Below are positions 10,249-21,733 of a stretch of 64,000 nt of DNA, piece by piece. The stretch is taken from NCBI GenBank assembly GCA_000092065.1, contig CP000600.1. One strand, 5' to 3'. The stretch is from Ostreococcus lucimarinus (Eukaryota). The notes under the pieces were generated by a model. It was not told the DNA's origin. It did no database searches and saw nothing but the letters and a program-made list of their open reading frames with translations. Each line of letters opens with the position of its first letter. The first letter of the stretch is position 1. The translations under genes and the position numbers were made by a program.

Positions 10249-10980
10249 ATGACGACGCCCGCGATCGACGAGCTCGACGCCGCGCTCGCGCTCGCGGACG
10301 ACGCGCGCGCGGCGGTGGGCGACGTTCAACGCGCGCTGCGCGCGAACGGACGCGACGCGAGGGACGGCGATGCGGTGGCGAACGCGATCCGACGGCTCGC
10401 GCGAACGGCGGAAAAGATCGACGTAACGTGGCGCGCCGTCGTCGCGAGCGATGGGTATCGATCCATGGCGCGCGAGGACGCGTTGGAAGACGGCGAGGCG
10501 CGCGAGGCGCGCGCGGGCGCGCGCGCGCGCGAAGGCGGTGATGGCGACGGGAAGGGCGCGAGCGGTTTGGCGGCGAGCGCGCGCGAGGCGAACGCGCGAG
10601 GCGGCGTGCGAGCGGAAACGTCCGCGGACGACGACGGAACCCTCGTGCGCGTGATCGCGCCCGGTGCGTTCGACGCGCGATGGCGCGCGAACGATCCCGC
10701 GAACGCGGCGACGACGACGGCGCGCGCCGTCGACGGCGGCGTCACCGCCGCGCACGCCGCGCTCTCCGACCGGTTACTCGAATTCGCCGCCGACGCGCTC
10801 GCGCGCGCGGGCGACGCCGAGGCGGCATCGATAGAAATACTCGCCTGGCTCGAGGATCTTCGCGACGTGTTCGTCGTCCCAGATTTCGCGAGCGGCGGCC
10901 GCGTGCTCGCGCCGGACCCGTCTCGCGGCGGCGTCCTCGTCCCCGGTCGCCTCCTCCCCGGTCGCGTCGCTCGCGCGTGA
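10249..10980 (+). CDS. Hypothetical Ala/Asp/Arg-rich protein
   Basis: A 243-aa ORF with a real ATG and protein-like composition, unlike the pure Arg runs of spurious frames. Divergent from the upstream gene with a 66-bp spacer. No recognisable domain. Confidence 0.35.
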   Translation: MTTPAIDELDAALALADDARAAVGDVQRALRANGRDARDGDAVANAIRRLARTAEKIDVTWRAVVASDGYRSMAREDALEDGEAREARAGARAREGGDGDGKGASGLAASAREANARGGVRAETSADDDGTLVRVIAPGAFDARWRANDPANAATTTARAVDGGVTAAHAALSDRLLEFAADALARAGDAEAASIEILAWLEDLRDVFVVPDFASGGRVLAPDPSRGGVLVPGRLLPGRVARA

Positions 10981-11422
10981 CGTCGCGTGTAATCGACGCA
11001 TCGCGCCCCCTTTCCATCGCTCGCGCGCGCCGCCGTCTCGTCTCGCGTCGCGCGCCGCGTCGATCGACCCCCCTCGTCGACCGACTCATCGACCGTTAGT
11101 CGTCGGTGCGGTGCAAATCTCATCTCGTCGCGACGGTTCAGGACTCGTCGAACGGATTCGTCAACCGTTCACGGGCCGCGCCCTGTCGCACACCGCGCCG
11201 TCGCCGTCGACGACGACGGCGACGCGCGCGCGCGCGAGCCGCGGACTCTCGGACGGGACGCGTCGCCGTCGCGAGATGGACGCGCGGACGCGCCGCGACG
11301 CCGCGACGCGCGCGCGACGCGAATGCATCGCCCGCGGCCGCGGCGACAACGGCCGCGCGCGCGCGCGCGATGACGCGCGAGGAAGGACGCGCGAGGCGAA
11401 GGGACGGCCGGCGGCGCGCGCG

Positions 11423-14400
11423 ATGGGGGCGAGGCGAACGCGCGGATCGGGACGACGCGGGACGAATCGGCGCGGCGCGGCGCTGGCGACGGCGCTGGCG
11501 ATGGGTCTGACGCTCGCGGTCGAGGGGGCGACGTCGCCGTTTACGTCGCGCGGCGATTTAGATAACGCGATCATGGCGTGTCTGGCGGACGACGAAACGT
11601 TGGCGACGTGCAGGGACAGCGCCGCGACGCCGGTGCCGATTGGCTCGTGGGACGTCGCAGCCATCGTCGACATGTCGAGGTTGTTCGACTCCGGGTCCGT
11701 CGGACGCTTTGTGAACGTCGACATCGGTTTGTGGGACACGTCATCGGTGACCGACATGAACGCCATGTTCAAAGGTCAGACAAACTTCAACCAAGACCTC
11801 AGCACGTGGGACACGTCATCGGTGACGGACATGAGCGGTATGTTCCACGACGCGTCGAGTTTCAATCAGAACATCCCGACGTCGGGAGTACAATGGGACA
11901 CGTCACAAGTCGAGTTCTTTGATACGATGTTCAAAAACGCGGTGGCGTTCAATCAGGACATCAGCTCCTGGGTCGTCAGCGCCGCGGCAAACTTCAATTC
12001 CATGTTCTCTGGAGCGACGAGCTTCAACCAGGACATCACCGGATGGATTGGCGCCAGCGGTGCCTCCGCGGACAATATGTTCTCTGGAGCGACGGCGTGG
12101 CTCAACAACTACGGCCCGACCACAGCGGGCTCAACCACAACCGATGGTCCCGCGAGCGCGTGGGGCAAGTTATGCGCGGCGAACCAGCGCGTGGTTTCGA
12201 ACGCGTGCCAGGCGTGCCCCACCGGGAGCGTGCGCGCCGCGGGCGATAATGCAAAGGGAGTTGACACGGCGTGCGCGTGTCCCGCCAACCATTATTACGT
12301 CTCGGGCGGTGGGTGTTTGGCGTGCGCTAGCGGTCTGTTCCGTCTCGCGGGTGACGTTGCGCCCGGAGGACATACGGCGTGTACGTACGCGTCGCCGTTC
12401 ACGTTGAAGGCCGAACTCGTGAACACGATCGCGTCTTCGTACTGCCTGGGCGGCGCCGCCGCCCCCACCGGAGCTTCGTGTACGGACGGCAAGGGGTTGG
12501 GGATCGCGAATTGGGATGTCAGCGGTGTCAACGACATGGCGGGGTTGTTCCAAGCGTCCAGTTCTAGCTGGACCTCGACCACGTTCAACGCTGATTTGAG
12601 CCTGTGGGACACGTCGTCGGTGGTAGACATGAACAACATGTTCAACGGCGCGACGAGCTTTAACCAGGACATCAGCTCGTGGGACACGTCGTTGGTGGTG
12701 AACATGAACAACATGTTCAACGGCGCGACGAGCTTTAACCAGGACATCAGCTCGTGGGTGACGCAATCGGTGACGGACATGGGCGCGATGTTTGAAAACG
12801 CGGCGGCGTTCGACCAGCCCATCCCGAAGTCGGGATCACAGTGGGACACGACGTTGGTGAAGGACATGAGCAACATGTTCTTCGGCGCAGCGGCGTTTAA
12901 CCAAGACCTCAGCACGTGGGTGACGCAATCGGTGGTGGACATGAGCGCGATGTTTCAAAACGCGCCGCTCTTCAATTATAGTATGGTGACATCGGGTAGC
13001 GTTTGGGACACGTCGTCGGTGACAAACATGGACAACATGTTCAAAGACGCGGTGGCGTTCAACCAGGACATCAGCTCCTGGGTCGTCAGCGCCGTGGCAA
13101 ACTTCAATTCCATGTTCTCTGGAGCGAGGAGCTTCAACCAGGACATCACCAGATGGAATAGCGCCAGCGATGCCTCCGCGGACAATATGTTCTCTGGAGC
13201 GGTAGCGTGGATCACCGACTACGGCCCGATGACAGCGGGCTCAGTCGATGGTCCCGCGAGCGCGTGGGGCAAGATATGCGCGGCGAACCAGCGCATTGTT
13301 TCGAACGCGTGCCAGGCGTGCCCCACCGGGAGCGTGCGCGCCGCGGGCGATAATGCAAAGGGAGAGGACACGGCGTGCGCGTGTCCCGCCAACCATTATT
13401 ACGTCTCGGGCGATGGGTGTTTGGCGTGCGCTAGCGGTCTGTTCCGTCTCGCGGGTGACGTTGCGCCCGGAGGAGATACGGCGTGTACGTACGCGTCGCC
13501 GTTCACGTTGAAGGCCGAACTCGTGAACACGATCGCGTCTTCGTACTGCCTGGGCGCCGCCGCCGCCCCCTCCGGAGCTTCGTGTACGGACGGCAAGGGG
13601 TTGGGGATCGCGAATTGGGATGTCAGCGGTGTCAACGACATGGCGGGGCTGTTCCAAGCGTCCAGCTCTAGCTGGACCTCGACCACGTTCAACGCTGATT
13701 TGAGCTTGTGGAACACGTCGTCGGTGGTGAACATGAACAACATGTTCAACGGCGCGACGAGCTTTAACCAGGACATCAGCTCGTGGAACACGGCGTTGGT
13801 GACGGACATGAACAACATGTTCAACGGCGCGACGAGCTTTAACCAGGACATCAGCTCGTGGAACACGTCGTTGGTGGTGAACATGAACAACATGTTCAAC
13901 GGCGCGACGAGCTTTAACCAGGACATCCGCTCGTGGGTGACGTCGTCGGTGACGGACATGGGCGCGATGTTTGAAAACGCGGCGGCGTTCGACCAGCCCA
14001 TCCCGAAGTCGGGATCACAGTGGGACACGACGTTGGTGAAGGACATGAGCAACATGTTCTTCGGCGCAGCGGCGTTTAACCGAGACCTCAGCACGTGGGT
14101 GACGCAATCGGTGACGGACATGGGCGCGATGTTTCAAAACGCGCCGCTCTTCAATTATGGTATGGTGACATCGGGTAGCGTTTGGGACACGTCATCGGTG
14201 GCAAACTTCAATTCCATGTTCTCTGGAGCGACGAGCTTTAACCAGGACATCAGCTCGTGGAACACGGCGTTGGTGACGGACATGGACAACATGTTCAAAG
14301 ACGCGGTGGCGTTCAATCAGGACATCAGCTCCTGGGTCGTCAGCGCCGCGGCAAACTTCAATTCCATGTTCTCTGGAGCGACGAGCTTCAACCAGGACAT

Positions 14401-17400
14401 CACCGGATGGATTGGCGCCAGCGGTGCCTCCGCGGACAATATGTTCTCTGGAGCGACGGCGTGGCTCAACAACTACGGCCCGACCACAGCGGGCTCAACC
14501 ACAACCGATGGTCCCGCGAGCGCGTGGGGCAAGTTATGCGCGGCGAACCAGCGCGTGGTTTCGAACGCGTGCCAGGCGTGCCCCACCGGGAGCGTGCGCG
14601 CCGCGGGCGATAATGCAAAGGGAGTTGACACGGCGTGCGCGTGTCCCGCCAACCATTATTACGTCTCGGGCGGTGGGTGTTTGGCGTGCGCTAGCGGTCT
14701 GTTCCGTCTCGCGGGTGACGTTGCGCCCGGAGGAGATACGGCGTGTACGTACGCGTCGCCGTTCACGTTGAAGGCCGAACTCGTGAACACGATCGCGTCT
14801 TCGTACTGCCTGGGCGGCGCCGCCGCCCCCACCGGAGCTTCGTGTACGGACGGCAAGGGGTTGGGGATCGCGAATTGGGATGTCAGCGGTGTCAACGACA
14901 TGGCGGGGTTGTTCCAAGCGTCCAGTTCTAGCTGGACCTCGACCACGTTCAACGCTGATTTGAGCCTGTGGGACACGTCGTCGGTGGTAGACATGAGCAA
15001 CATGTTCAACGGCCAGATGGCGTTCAACCAACCCATCCCGACGTCGGGGTCACAATGGAACACGGCGTTGGTGACGGACATGAACAACATGTTCAACGGC
15101 GCGACGAGATTTAACCAGGACATCAGCTCGTGGGACACGTCGTTGGTGGTGAACATGAACAACATGTTCAACGGCGCGACGAGCTTTAACCAGGACATCA
15201 GCTCGTGGGTGACGCAATCGGTGACGGACATGGGCGCGATGTTTGAAAACGCGGCGGCGTTCGACCAGCCCATCCCGAAGTCGGGATCACAGTGGGACAC
15301 GACGTTGGTGAAGGACATGAGCAACATGTTCTTCGGCGCAGCGGCGTTTAACCAAGACCTCAGCACGTGGGTGACGCAATCGGTGGTGGACATGAGCGCG
15401 ATGTTTCAAAACGCGCCGCTCTTCAATTATAGTATGGTGACATCGGGTAGCGTTTGGGACACGGCGTTGGTGACGGACATGAACAACATGTTCAACGGCG
15501 CGACGAGATTTAACCAGGACATCAGCTCGTGGGACACGTCGTCGGTGGTGAACATGAACAACATGTTCAACGGCGCGACGAGCTTTAACCAGAACATCAG
15601 CTCGTGGAACACGGCGTTGGTGACGGACATGGGCGCGATGTTTCAAAGCGCGGTGGCGTTCAACCAACCCATCCCGAAGTCGGGATCACAGTGGGACACG
15701 TCGTTGGTGACAAACATGAACAACATGTTCGGCGGTGCCACGGCGTTCAACCAGGACATCGGCTCCTGGGTCGTCAGCGCCGTGGCAAACTTCGATTCCA
15801 TGTTCTCTGGAGCGACGAGCTTTAACAAGAACATCACCGGATGGATTGGCGCCGGCGGTGCCTCCGCAAACAACATGTTCTCTGGAGCGACGGCGTGGAT
15901 CGCGAGGTACGAGCACACGTCCAATCCTGGCAACAGCTTTCATGGTCCCGCGTCGGCTTGGACTGGTCCCGTTCCGTTTGCCAACTTGGCCGCTTTGCAA
16001 ACCGCCGTGACCAATTGCTTGAACAGCGCTCCGTCCGGCGCGTGCACGTGCTCGCCCAGTGTCGACTGCGGCGCCGCGCTGTACGAACCGATCACAAACT
16101 GGGACACGAGTCTGGTCGCCGACATGAATGCTTTGTTCCAAAGCGCCACTCTTTTCAACGCCAACATTGGATCGTGGAATACCGAGCAGGTGACGAGAAT
16201 GGACAACATGTTTAGCGGCGCGGCTGCGTTCAACCAGCCAATTGGCAGTTGGAACGTCACCGCGGTCACCGATGCGAGCCATATGTTTCAGGGCGCTACG
16301 GCTTTTGTTCACGACATCACCGGTTGGGTTTTATCGCAGACGCCCCAGGCGAATGTGACGTCAATGTTTGTCAATGCGATAGCATGGATAAACGAGCGTG
16401 ATCGTATAGACGGATCCGCGTCTCTCGACGGTCCACCCTCGGCGTGGTACACGCCGGCGCCGCCGCCGCCGCCGTCACCGCCGCCACCCCCGCCACCAAC
16501 GTGCGGTAACGGTGTCTACGATGCCGCTGGTACGAACCCAGATGGAACTCTTGGGGAGACGTGTGAACCGTACGGGAATTCCATCGATAACACCGTTCTC
16601 GTGCAGGGTTGCGATCCAGCCACGTGCGCGCCTTTTGAGAACTGGCAGTGCAACGATCCGTCTACGATCGGCACACCAGATTACAACTGTACGTGCAACA
16701 ATCCCGCAGGCACGTACGCGTTACCAGATGTCAATTTTTGCGCGCGCGTGAAATGCGTTTACGCAGATCGATGTCTCTCCGAAGGCCGCGGCTGCGCGCC
16801 TGGTGCTGGTGGCAACGCGTGCGACCGTTGCTACACGGCGCAAGACATCGTCGATCTCGGATTGGAAGCTTCTCTAGCCAAAGCGGGTTACTACAAAACG
16901 GGCCAAACGTGCACTGAGTGCCCTGGGACCTCGGCAGGTCAACTCTTCGCTGCCGCTACGCTTGTAGTCGTTCTGGCGTTCTTTGGTTTCAAAGCTTCGC
17001 AAGTCATGGGCCCTCAAGCGACAAACAACTTGAAGAAGATTATCGAATCTTTGCAGTTTTTTTCGCTTTCGCTGAGTATGGACATCAAATGGCCTGGCCC
17101 GGTACTTAACCTCGGCAAGTACTTGGAAGCTTTCACGTTCAGCGTCGACTTTCTGAGACCAGAGTGCGTGGCTACTGGTCTCAATTGGCTCAATATTTTC
17201 CTAGCGTCTGTGTTTGTTGTCCCTGCACTTATCTTTTTCATCATCGTCTTCAACAACTTCAGATCAAGGCGACGGTTCGAACGAACAGTGCGTTCAATTC
17301 ACTGCGAACGGCGCGATGGAGGTGCGATGGTATACTGGATTGAAAGACCGGGTCGTTTGTGGGGCATAAGGCGCACGTTCGAATCCAAAGGAGGAGATAA

Positions 17401-20400
17401 AATTGTCAAGGAATTGCAGAGGCAATACCGCTTCCGAGCCTCCCTCAGAAGCTTTGGCGTGTTGTCCATGACTGTGTTATACCTGCCCATAGTCCGTATG
17501 TGCCTCCAGGCTTTCGACTGTCTCGAAATAGACGGTATCGAGAGCACGCGTCTAGAACACGACATCGACATCGATTGCGAGAGTACTTCTCATGTGACAA
17601 TCCAGGCGGCGGCGGCGGTTATGTTGGCCATCGTCGGAATCGGTATGCCGATTTACGTCATCTCACAAGTGCGGAAACTTTCAAATACGGGGAAGTTAGA
17701 TGATCCACAAACCATCGACGCATACGGTCCATTCTACGATATATATCGTAGAGAAGATCTTACGTATTCGCACAAATTGGAGATTGCCAGACTTCGACAA
17801 ACGACGGTTCGCTCGAGATCTATTCCTCGCGGTAGCGACGATGAAGACGATCGCGAAGAAACGACGTTTGATACCGAAACTGAGCGTGTCGCTGATGAAA
17901 TTGAAAACGATATCAGACAAGATATTGAGGAACCAAACGAAGGCACTTCGTTGGAAACTACCGATGGACCCACTGACGACGTCGAGCAAGGTGAAGATTT
18001 CAACCCTGAACTCGGGAAGAAGAAAGTTTTTGGTAAAGGAAGAAAGTCAAAAGACGGGCGCTTAGCTCAAGTATTATCTATGAGTAAGTCAATGTTGCAG
18101 CGCACTCCGTCTGCGCAAGCGCGCGAGCGCGTGAAAAAGATGAGCTGGAAAGATCGGTTCTCAGTGTATTACCTCTCGGTGGAATTATGCCAGAAGAGCG
18201 GTGTCATTCTCATGACTTCGCCCTTCATCAGCGCTTCGCCTCTCAGTGGCTGGGGCCTTGTATTCATCCACTGGTTCCTCGGCATTTTCGTCTACATTTG
18301 TCAACCTTGGAGAATAATCACGTTGAGTTTCTTCGGTTTTAAGGTGTCAAATTGTCTGAACAAAGTCGAAACTATGGCGGCGTTCCTGCAAGGTGTGACG
18401 CCCGCCTTGGCGATGATATGGCCAGTTAAGCGAGACGCTGACGGCATCGTGCAGGAAAGTTTCACGCTCGAGATGATGACTGGTCTTATGACTGCCATCA
18501 TCACGGGTTTACTCGCTATTCGCATCATCGTATTCGTCGGGGAACGCGTCGCGGTCAAACGCGCAAAGATGGACATCGACAAGGAACCCGAAGCATGCAT
18601 TGAGATTGTTCGTGAACGACTCGTCGAGATGGCGAAGAAACGTGCGGTCGTGAGCTTGTTCGCGTTCAAGGCAGACTTTGATATAACACGGCGCAAAGCG
18701 CGGGCGAGAATAGAGATCACGCGTCAAGCTATGTTGACTAGAATCGACACTTTGAAGTCGGAGATGGCTAGCACCGAAGGTCAGGGTATCGATTACACGG
18801 AGCAAATCACGGCCTTGTATGAAGTGGCGAATCAGATGGCACATATCGTGAATACCGTTGTACCGATGCCTCCACCTGTTGGGCCTGCTGTAGAGGAGCG
18901 TATAGACGCTCTCGAGGCGCAGTTGTCGAAACTTTCCGTGGCCGAGGACGAACGCTACGTCGCCGCACGACAAGAGTCAGAGCCGTCGCCGAACGCTGCG
19001 GCAATGCACATAATTTTCAAGGTGCACATCGTCGATTGCATCGTTGCACAAGTCAACGAACAGCTTGAAGTATACGCGAGTGCAGAGTTAGTGAGCGATT
19101 TAGCCGTTCTTGGACGACGACATGCCGAGTTGTTGAGCGAGCAGAGCGCCATAACTTCTCAATTCGGCGACTCCGAGCTTCGTGCAACTTCAGACGAGTT
19201 ATCTTCATCAGCCGTTCCGTTACTAGAAGCGAACGAACGTGATGACTTCGAAAAGGTATCTTCCACGCTCCATCACTGTGCGAGCGTCATCGATGCGCAC
19301 GCGCAGTGGTGTATGACGCAGAGCGAGCTGTTCAGTGGCCTCAAGAGGGAGCACCCTACTTTCCTTCCGGACGAACCACCATTGACAACGGAGTGCTTCG
19401 AATCGTGCATCAAAGATCTGAAGACACATGAAAAGCAGATGGAGTTAGTTAGGACGCAGTGCATCAGCGACTGGCTTCCAATGTTCAAACATTTCGGTTG
19501 CGTCAAGTATCTCAGAGGGTTCGCCGAGCAGATTCGTAATCAACTCAGTCTCAATCTCAATGGAGAGATCACGCCAGAAGAAGCCAAGGTGGTGTATGAT
19601 GACACCGTTGCCTTCATGGATGGCTTCGCCTCGTGGTGTGCAGATTTGTGTGGCATAATCGAAACGTCAGACGTTTTCAATGAGTTTCAACCCATCGCCT
19701 CGGCCATGATGAAGAGCCTGAAGGTGATACAGATCGACGCTAAGAAGCAAAGCATGCTCGCTCAAAAAGTACTGTCGGCCGTCGACTATGCTTTGGCGCA
19801 GAAGTCCACCGCAGAGGCCGTGCGAAATAATTTGCAGCAGGCGTTGCGCGATTTAACGTCGAAAATGGAGGAGCATCTTGCCGTTCAGATGGATGAAATG
19901 AAGAATGAGAAGATCGCTCTCGAGAGAGCGTATGAAGAAGAAAAGGTGCAAACCGAGGAGGACATCAACGTCCTCGAGAAAACGTTCGCTGAGAGAAAGG
20001 CCACGATGGAGCGCGAATTTGCACTGCAGCGCGACATAGTCGAACGATTACTCGTCATGAAGCAAGAAGAGAAGGCCGCGGTCGCTCCGTCTTTGAACCC
20101 ATTCAGACGCGTACGCTTCGAGTACGAAAACGAGCTCGCGAGCGCCAATAAGGAGTGCCTCAGGATCTCACGAGCCTTGGAGAGAGAAGAGAACGTGAAA
20201 AATATGCAGTGTGAAAACTTGCTTCGAGCGATGCAGCAAACCGAGCGTCAGCTGCGAGCGCAGATTAAAATCCACGATTCACTCATGGCAAAGATGGAAG
20301 CCGATGTCTTGGATCACCTCAAAAAGCAAGGCAACGTGGCGCAAAAGCGAACGGCTCACGATATCGCGGCGAACAAGGCCGTGCTCGCGTCGCGAAAAGC

Positions 20401-20683
20401 CATCTATAAGCAGCAACGTATCGCTGCACAGCTGTACGTATCCGTAGAACGCGAGACTACGAGAGCTCAAGTCGGTCTCACGAGAACGAAACTTGCGGTG
20501 GCTAAACGTAAAGGGCTGCTTGTACGCACAACCTCGCGCCTGACGGGAAAATCCCTGCGGTCAAAATCGCGAAAGAAAGCGCACGACGAAAACGAGACGG
20601 TCAAAGACGATCAACAAGAAAAGGAGGTTGAAGATCAAACCGCGGTTGATGAAAAAAGCAACGTCACGGAGACGAAGACGTAA
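11423..20683 (+). CDS. Giant DUF285-repeat transmembrane coiled-coil protein (about 3086 aa from the predicted signal peptide)
   Basis: - Signal-peptide-like start: [35 protein letters not shown].
- About 50 tandem 25-27 aa repeats of consensus [25 protein letters not shown] (DUF285, Mycoplasma-type).
- Three cysteine-rich inserts: [45 protein letters not shown]...
- Pro-rich linker [12 protein letters not shown] near 16450.
- Cys-rich module from about 16500 to 16900.
- About 7-8 TM helices from about 16930 to 18550.
- Long Glu/Lys-rich coiled coil from about 18600 to 20683.
- ORF 11111..20683 was trimmed to the Met of the signal peptide. Confidence 0.75.
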   Translation: MGARRTRGSGRRGTNRRGAALATALAMGLTLAVEGATSPFTSRGDLDNAIMACLADDETLATCRDSAATPVPIGSWDVAAIVDMSRLFDSGSVGRFVNVDIGLWDTSSVTDMNAMFKGQTNFNQDLSTWDTSSVTDMSGMFHDASSFNQNIPTSGVQWDTSQVEFFDTMFKNAVAFNQDISSWVVSAAANFNSMFSGATSFNQDITGWIGASGASADNMFSGATAWLNNYGPTTAGSTTTDGPASAWGKLCAANQRVVSNACQACPTGSVRAAGDNAKGVDTACACPANHYYVSGGGCLACASGLFRLAGDVAPGGHTACTYASPFTLKAELVNTIASSYCLGGAAAPTGASCTDGKGLGIANWDVSGVNDMAGLFQASSSSWTSTTFNADLSLWDTSSVVDMNNMFNGATSFNQDISSWDTSLVVNMNNMFNGATSFNQDISSWVTQSVTDMGAMFENAAAFDQPIPKSGSQWDTTLVKDMSNMFFGAAAFNQDLSTWVTQSVVDMSAMFQNAPLFNYSMVTSGSVWDTSSVTNMDNMFKDAVAFNQDISSWVVSAVANFNSMFSGARSFNQDITRWNSASDASADNMFSGAVAWITDYGPMTAGSVDGPASAWGKICAANQRIVSNACQACPTGSVRAAGDNAKGEDTACACPANHYYVSGDGCLACASGLFRLAGDVAPGGDTACTYASPFTLKAELVNTIASSYCLGAAAAPSGASCTDGKGLGIANWDVSGVNDMAGLFQASSSSWTSTTFNADLSLWNTSSVVNMNNMFNGATSFNQDISSWNTALVTDMNNMFNGATSFNQDISSWNTSLVVNMNNMFNGATSFNQDIRSWVTSSVTDMGAMFENAAAFDQPIPKSGSQWDTTLVKDMSNMFFGAAAFNRDLSTWVTQSVTDMGAMFQNAPLFNYGMVTSGSVWDTSSVANFNSMFSGATSFNQDISSWNTALVTDMDNMFKDAVAFNQDISSWVVSAAANFNSMFSGATSFNQDITGWIGASGASADNMFSGATAWLNNYGPTTAGSTTTDGPASAWGKLCAANQRVVSNACQACPTGSVRAAGDNAKGVDTACACPANHYYVSGGGCLACASGLFRLAGDVAPGGDTACTYASPFTLKAELVNTIASSYCLGGAAAPTGASCTDGKGLGIANWDVSGVNDMAGLFQASSSSWTSTTFNADLSLWDTSSVVDMSNMFNGQMAFNQPIPTSGSQWNTALVTDMNNMFNGATRFNQDISSWDTSLVVNMNNMFNGATSFNQDISSWVTQSVTDMGAMFENAAAFDQPIPKSGSQWDTTLVKDMSNMFFGAAAFNQDLSTWVTQSVVDMSAMFQNAPLFNYSMVTSGSVWDTALVTDMNNMFNGATRFNQDISSWDTSSVVNMNNMFNGATSFNQNISSWNTALVTDMGAMFQSAVAFNQPIPKSGSQWDTSLVTNMNNMFGGATAFNQDIGSWVVSAVANFDSMFSGATSFNKNITGWIGAGGASANNMFSGATAWIARYEHTSNPGNSFHGPASAWTGPVPFANLAALQTAVTNCLNSAPSGACTCSPSVDCGAALYEPITNWDTSLVADMNALFQSATLFNANIGSWNTEQVTRMDNMFSGAAAFNQPIGSWNVTAVTDASHMFQGATAFVHDITGWVLSQTPQANVTSMFVNAIAWINERDRIDGSASLDGPPSAWYTPAPPPPPSPPPPPPPTCGNGVYDAAGTNPDGTLGETCEPYGNSIDNTVLVQGCDPATCAPFENWQCNDPSTIGTPDYNCTCNNPAGTYALPDVNFCARVKCVYADRCLSEGRGCAPGAGGNACDRCYTAQDIVDLGLEASLAKAGYYKTGQTCTECPGTSAGQLFAAATLVVVLAFFGFKASQVMGPQATNNLKKIIESLQFFSLSLSMDIKWPGPVLNLGKYLEAFTFSVDFLRPECVATGLNWLNIFLASVFVVPALIFFIIVFNNFRSRRRFERTVRSIHCERRDGGAMVYWIERPGRLWGIRRTFESKGGDKIVKELQRQYRFRASLRSFGVLSMTVLYLPIVRMCLQAFDCLEIDGIESTRLEHDIDIDCESTSHVTIQAAAAVMLAIVGIGMPIYVISQVRKLSNTGKLDDPQTIDAYGPFYDIYRREDLTYSHKLEIARLRQTTVRSRSIPRGSDDEDDREETTFDTETERVADEIENDIRQDIEEPNEGTSLETTDGPTDDVEQGEDFNPELGKKKVFGKGRKSKDGRLAQVLSMSKSMLQRTPSAQARERVKKMSWKDRFSVYYLSVELCQKSGVILMTSPFISASPLSGWGLVFIHWFLGIFVYICQPWRIITLSFFGFKVSNCLNKVETMAAFLQGVTPALAMIWPVKRDADGIVQESFTLEMMTGLMTAIITGLLAIRIIVFVGERVAVKRAKMDIDKEPEACIEIVRERLVEMAKKRAVVSLFAFKADFDITRRKARARIEITRQAMLTRIDTLKSEMASTEGQGIDYTEQITALYEVANQMAHIVNTVVPMPPPVGPAVEERIDALEAQLSKLSVAEDERYVAARQESEPSPNAAAMHIIFKVHIVDCIVAQVNEQLEVYASAELVSDLAVLGRRHAELLSEQSAITSQFGDSELRATSDELSSSAVPLLEANERDDFEKVSSTLHHCASVIDAHAQWCMTQSELFSGLKREHPTFLPDEPPLTTECFESCIKDLKTHEKQMELVRTQCISDWLPMFKHFGCVKYLRGFAEQIRNQLSLNLNGEITPEEAKVVYDDTVAFMDGFASWCADLCGIIETSDVFNEFQPIASAMMKSLKVIQIDAKKQSMLAQKVLSAVDYALAQKSTAEAVRNNLQQALRDLTSKMEEHLAVQMDEMKNEKIALERAYEEEKVQTEEDINVLEKTFAERKATMEREFALQRDIVERLLVMKQEEKAAVAPSLNPFRRVRFEYENELASANKECLRISRALEREENVKNMQCENLLRAMQQTERQLRAQIKIHDSLMAKMEADVLDHLKKQGNVAQKRTAHDIAANKAVLASRKAIYKQQRIAAQLYVSVERETTRAQVGLTRTKLAVAKRKGLLVRTTSRLTGKSLRSKSRKKAHDENETVKDDQQEKEVEDQTAVDEKSNVTETKT
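11930..15470 (+). repeat. Three tandem 1.1-1.25 kb near-identical coding units inside the giant gene (units start near 11930, 13040 and 14290)
   Basis: Each unit restarts with FK(N/D)[15 protein letters not shown](A/V)[10 protein letters not shown] and contains the same Cys-rich insert. The antisense ORFs 12170..12766, 13241..13657 and 14534..15031 translate to almost identical peptides, and so do 12295..12942, 13399..14121 and 14659..15393, which shows near-identity at nucleotide level. Units A and C share GGHTACT/GGDTACT-type variants against B. Confidence 0.7.
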
Positions 20684-20711
20684 ATTGAAATTTCTGTCAT
20701 AATACAGTAGT

Positions 20712-21581
20712 TTATTTCTTCGTGTCGTCAAGTTCGTCGTCGTATTCGTGAGCCGCGCGCCCGCTCCGTACGGCGTTTGCGACTTTCGAGCGGGCGCTCC
20801 CATCGGCGTATCGACCGATGTGTTCTAAATACGCGGCCCAATCGGGCAACGTTTTACGCACCTGTTCGCGAGCCAGCATCGCGTCCAACCACGCGTGATA
20901 TGAAGCCAGCGCGGCGGTTTTCGGAATCGCGTAGTCGGCTCCGCGATAGTGTTCAAATACCGGAAGCCGCCAAGCCCACGGGAACAACGCGTAATCCACC
21001 AATCCAGGAGCCTCGCCGGAGTAAAACGGTGATTTCTTATTCTCGTCGCACCACGACGCAAACCTCTCCAACCCTTCAATAATCGCCTCAAACGCCTCGC
21101 GCTGCTCTGCGGGATTCTGACGCACCAGCACGTGATAATACTTGCTGCATATCTGTTTATTCACCCAATCCGCGTCCACTCTCGCCCGCGCTCGCTCGTA
21201 CGGACAGCTACTCATGATCGGTGTCGTCCCTCCCCTCACGATTTCGTCGATAAACTGCACGCACACCAACGACTCCGTGACCACGTTCTTCGTCGCGTCG
21301 CCTCGCTTCGCGTTATACGTCTCCGGCGACACGAGCGTCGGCACCATCCCGAGTGGGTTGTGTTTCAGCAGCGTCGGTGATTTGTAGTGGTACCAGTTTT
21401 CGTGCGCAGTCTCGACGCTCGCGTCCGTGGCTCTGCGTTTCTCCCAGCCGAGCGCCTCTTCCCAGTCGTACGTCAGGTGACCGTGATGATGTTCCAACGC
21501 CAGCGTCGCGCGATGCGCGAAAGGACAGAACCAGGCGCTGAAGTAGTGGAGGTGTGGCACCGCCGCACCGCGAGCGGACAT
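20712..21581 (-). CDS. Omega-class-like glutathione S-transferase / dehydroascorbate reductase family
   Basis: Active-site CPFA motif (HYFSAWFCPFAHRATLALE), NPLGMVPTL, and C-terminal VDYALFPWAWRL as in GSTO. ATG confirmed. Confidence 0.85.
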   Translation of the reverse strand: MSARGAAVPHLHYFSAWFCPFAHRATLALEHHHGHLTYDWEEALGWEKRRATDASVETAHENWYHYKSPTLLKHNPLGMVPTLVSPETYNAKRGDATKNVVTESLVCVQFIDEIVRGGTTPIMSSCPYERARARVDADWVNKQICSKYYHVLVRQNPAEQREAFEAIIEGLERFASWCDENKKSPFYSGEAPGLVDYALFPWAWRLPVFEHYRGADYAIPKTAALASYHAWLDAMLAREQVRKTLPDWAAYLEHIGRYADGSARSKVANAVRSGRAAHEYDDELDDTKK

Positions 21582-21733
21582 CGGGGCGAGTGTCGACGCG
21601 CGACGAGAAATGACGCTACGTTTGGGACTCGACGGGGGATAGACCCGCGGCGGCGCGGTACGCTACGTCGTTGAACGTTACATCGTGATTCGTGCGCGTC
21701 GATCGGTCGACGGTCGGTCGGTGAGGTGAGTCA

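Noticed and set aside
11600-16400. CRISPR-like array suggested by regular short repeats.
   Set aside because: The repeats are about 78-nt in-frame protein repeats (DUF285) inside a continuous ORF. There are no spacers or leader and no cas genes.
17370-17390. tRNA T-loop-like GTTCGAATCC.
   Set aside because: It lies inside the giant CDS (codes RTFESKG), and the flanks cannot form T- or acceptor stems.
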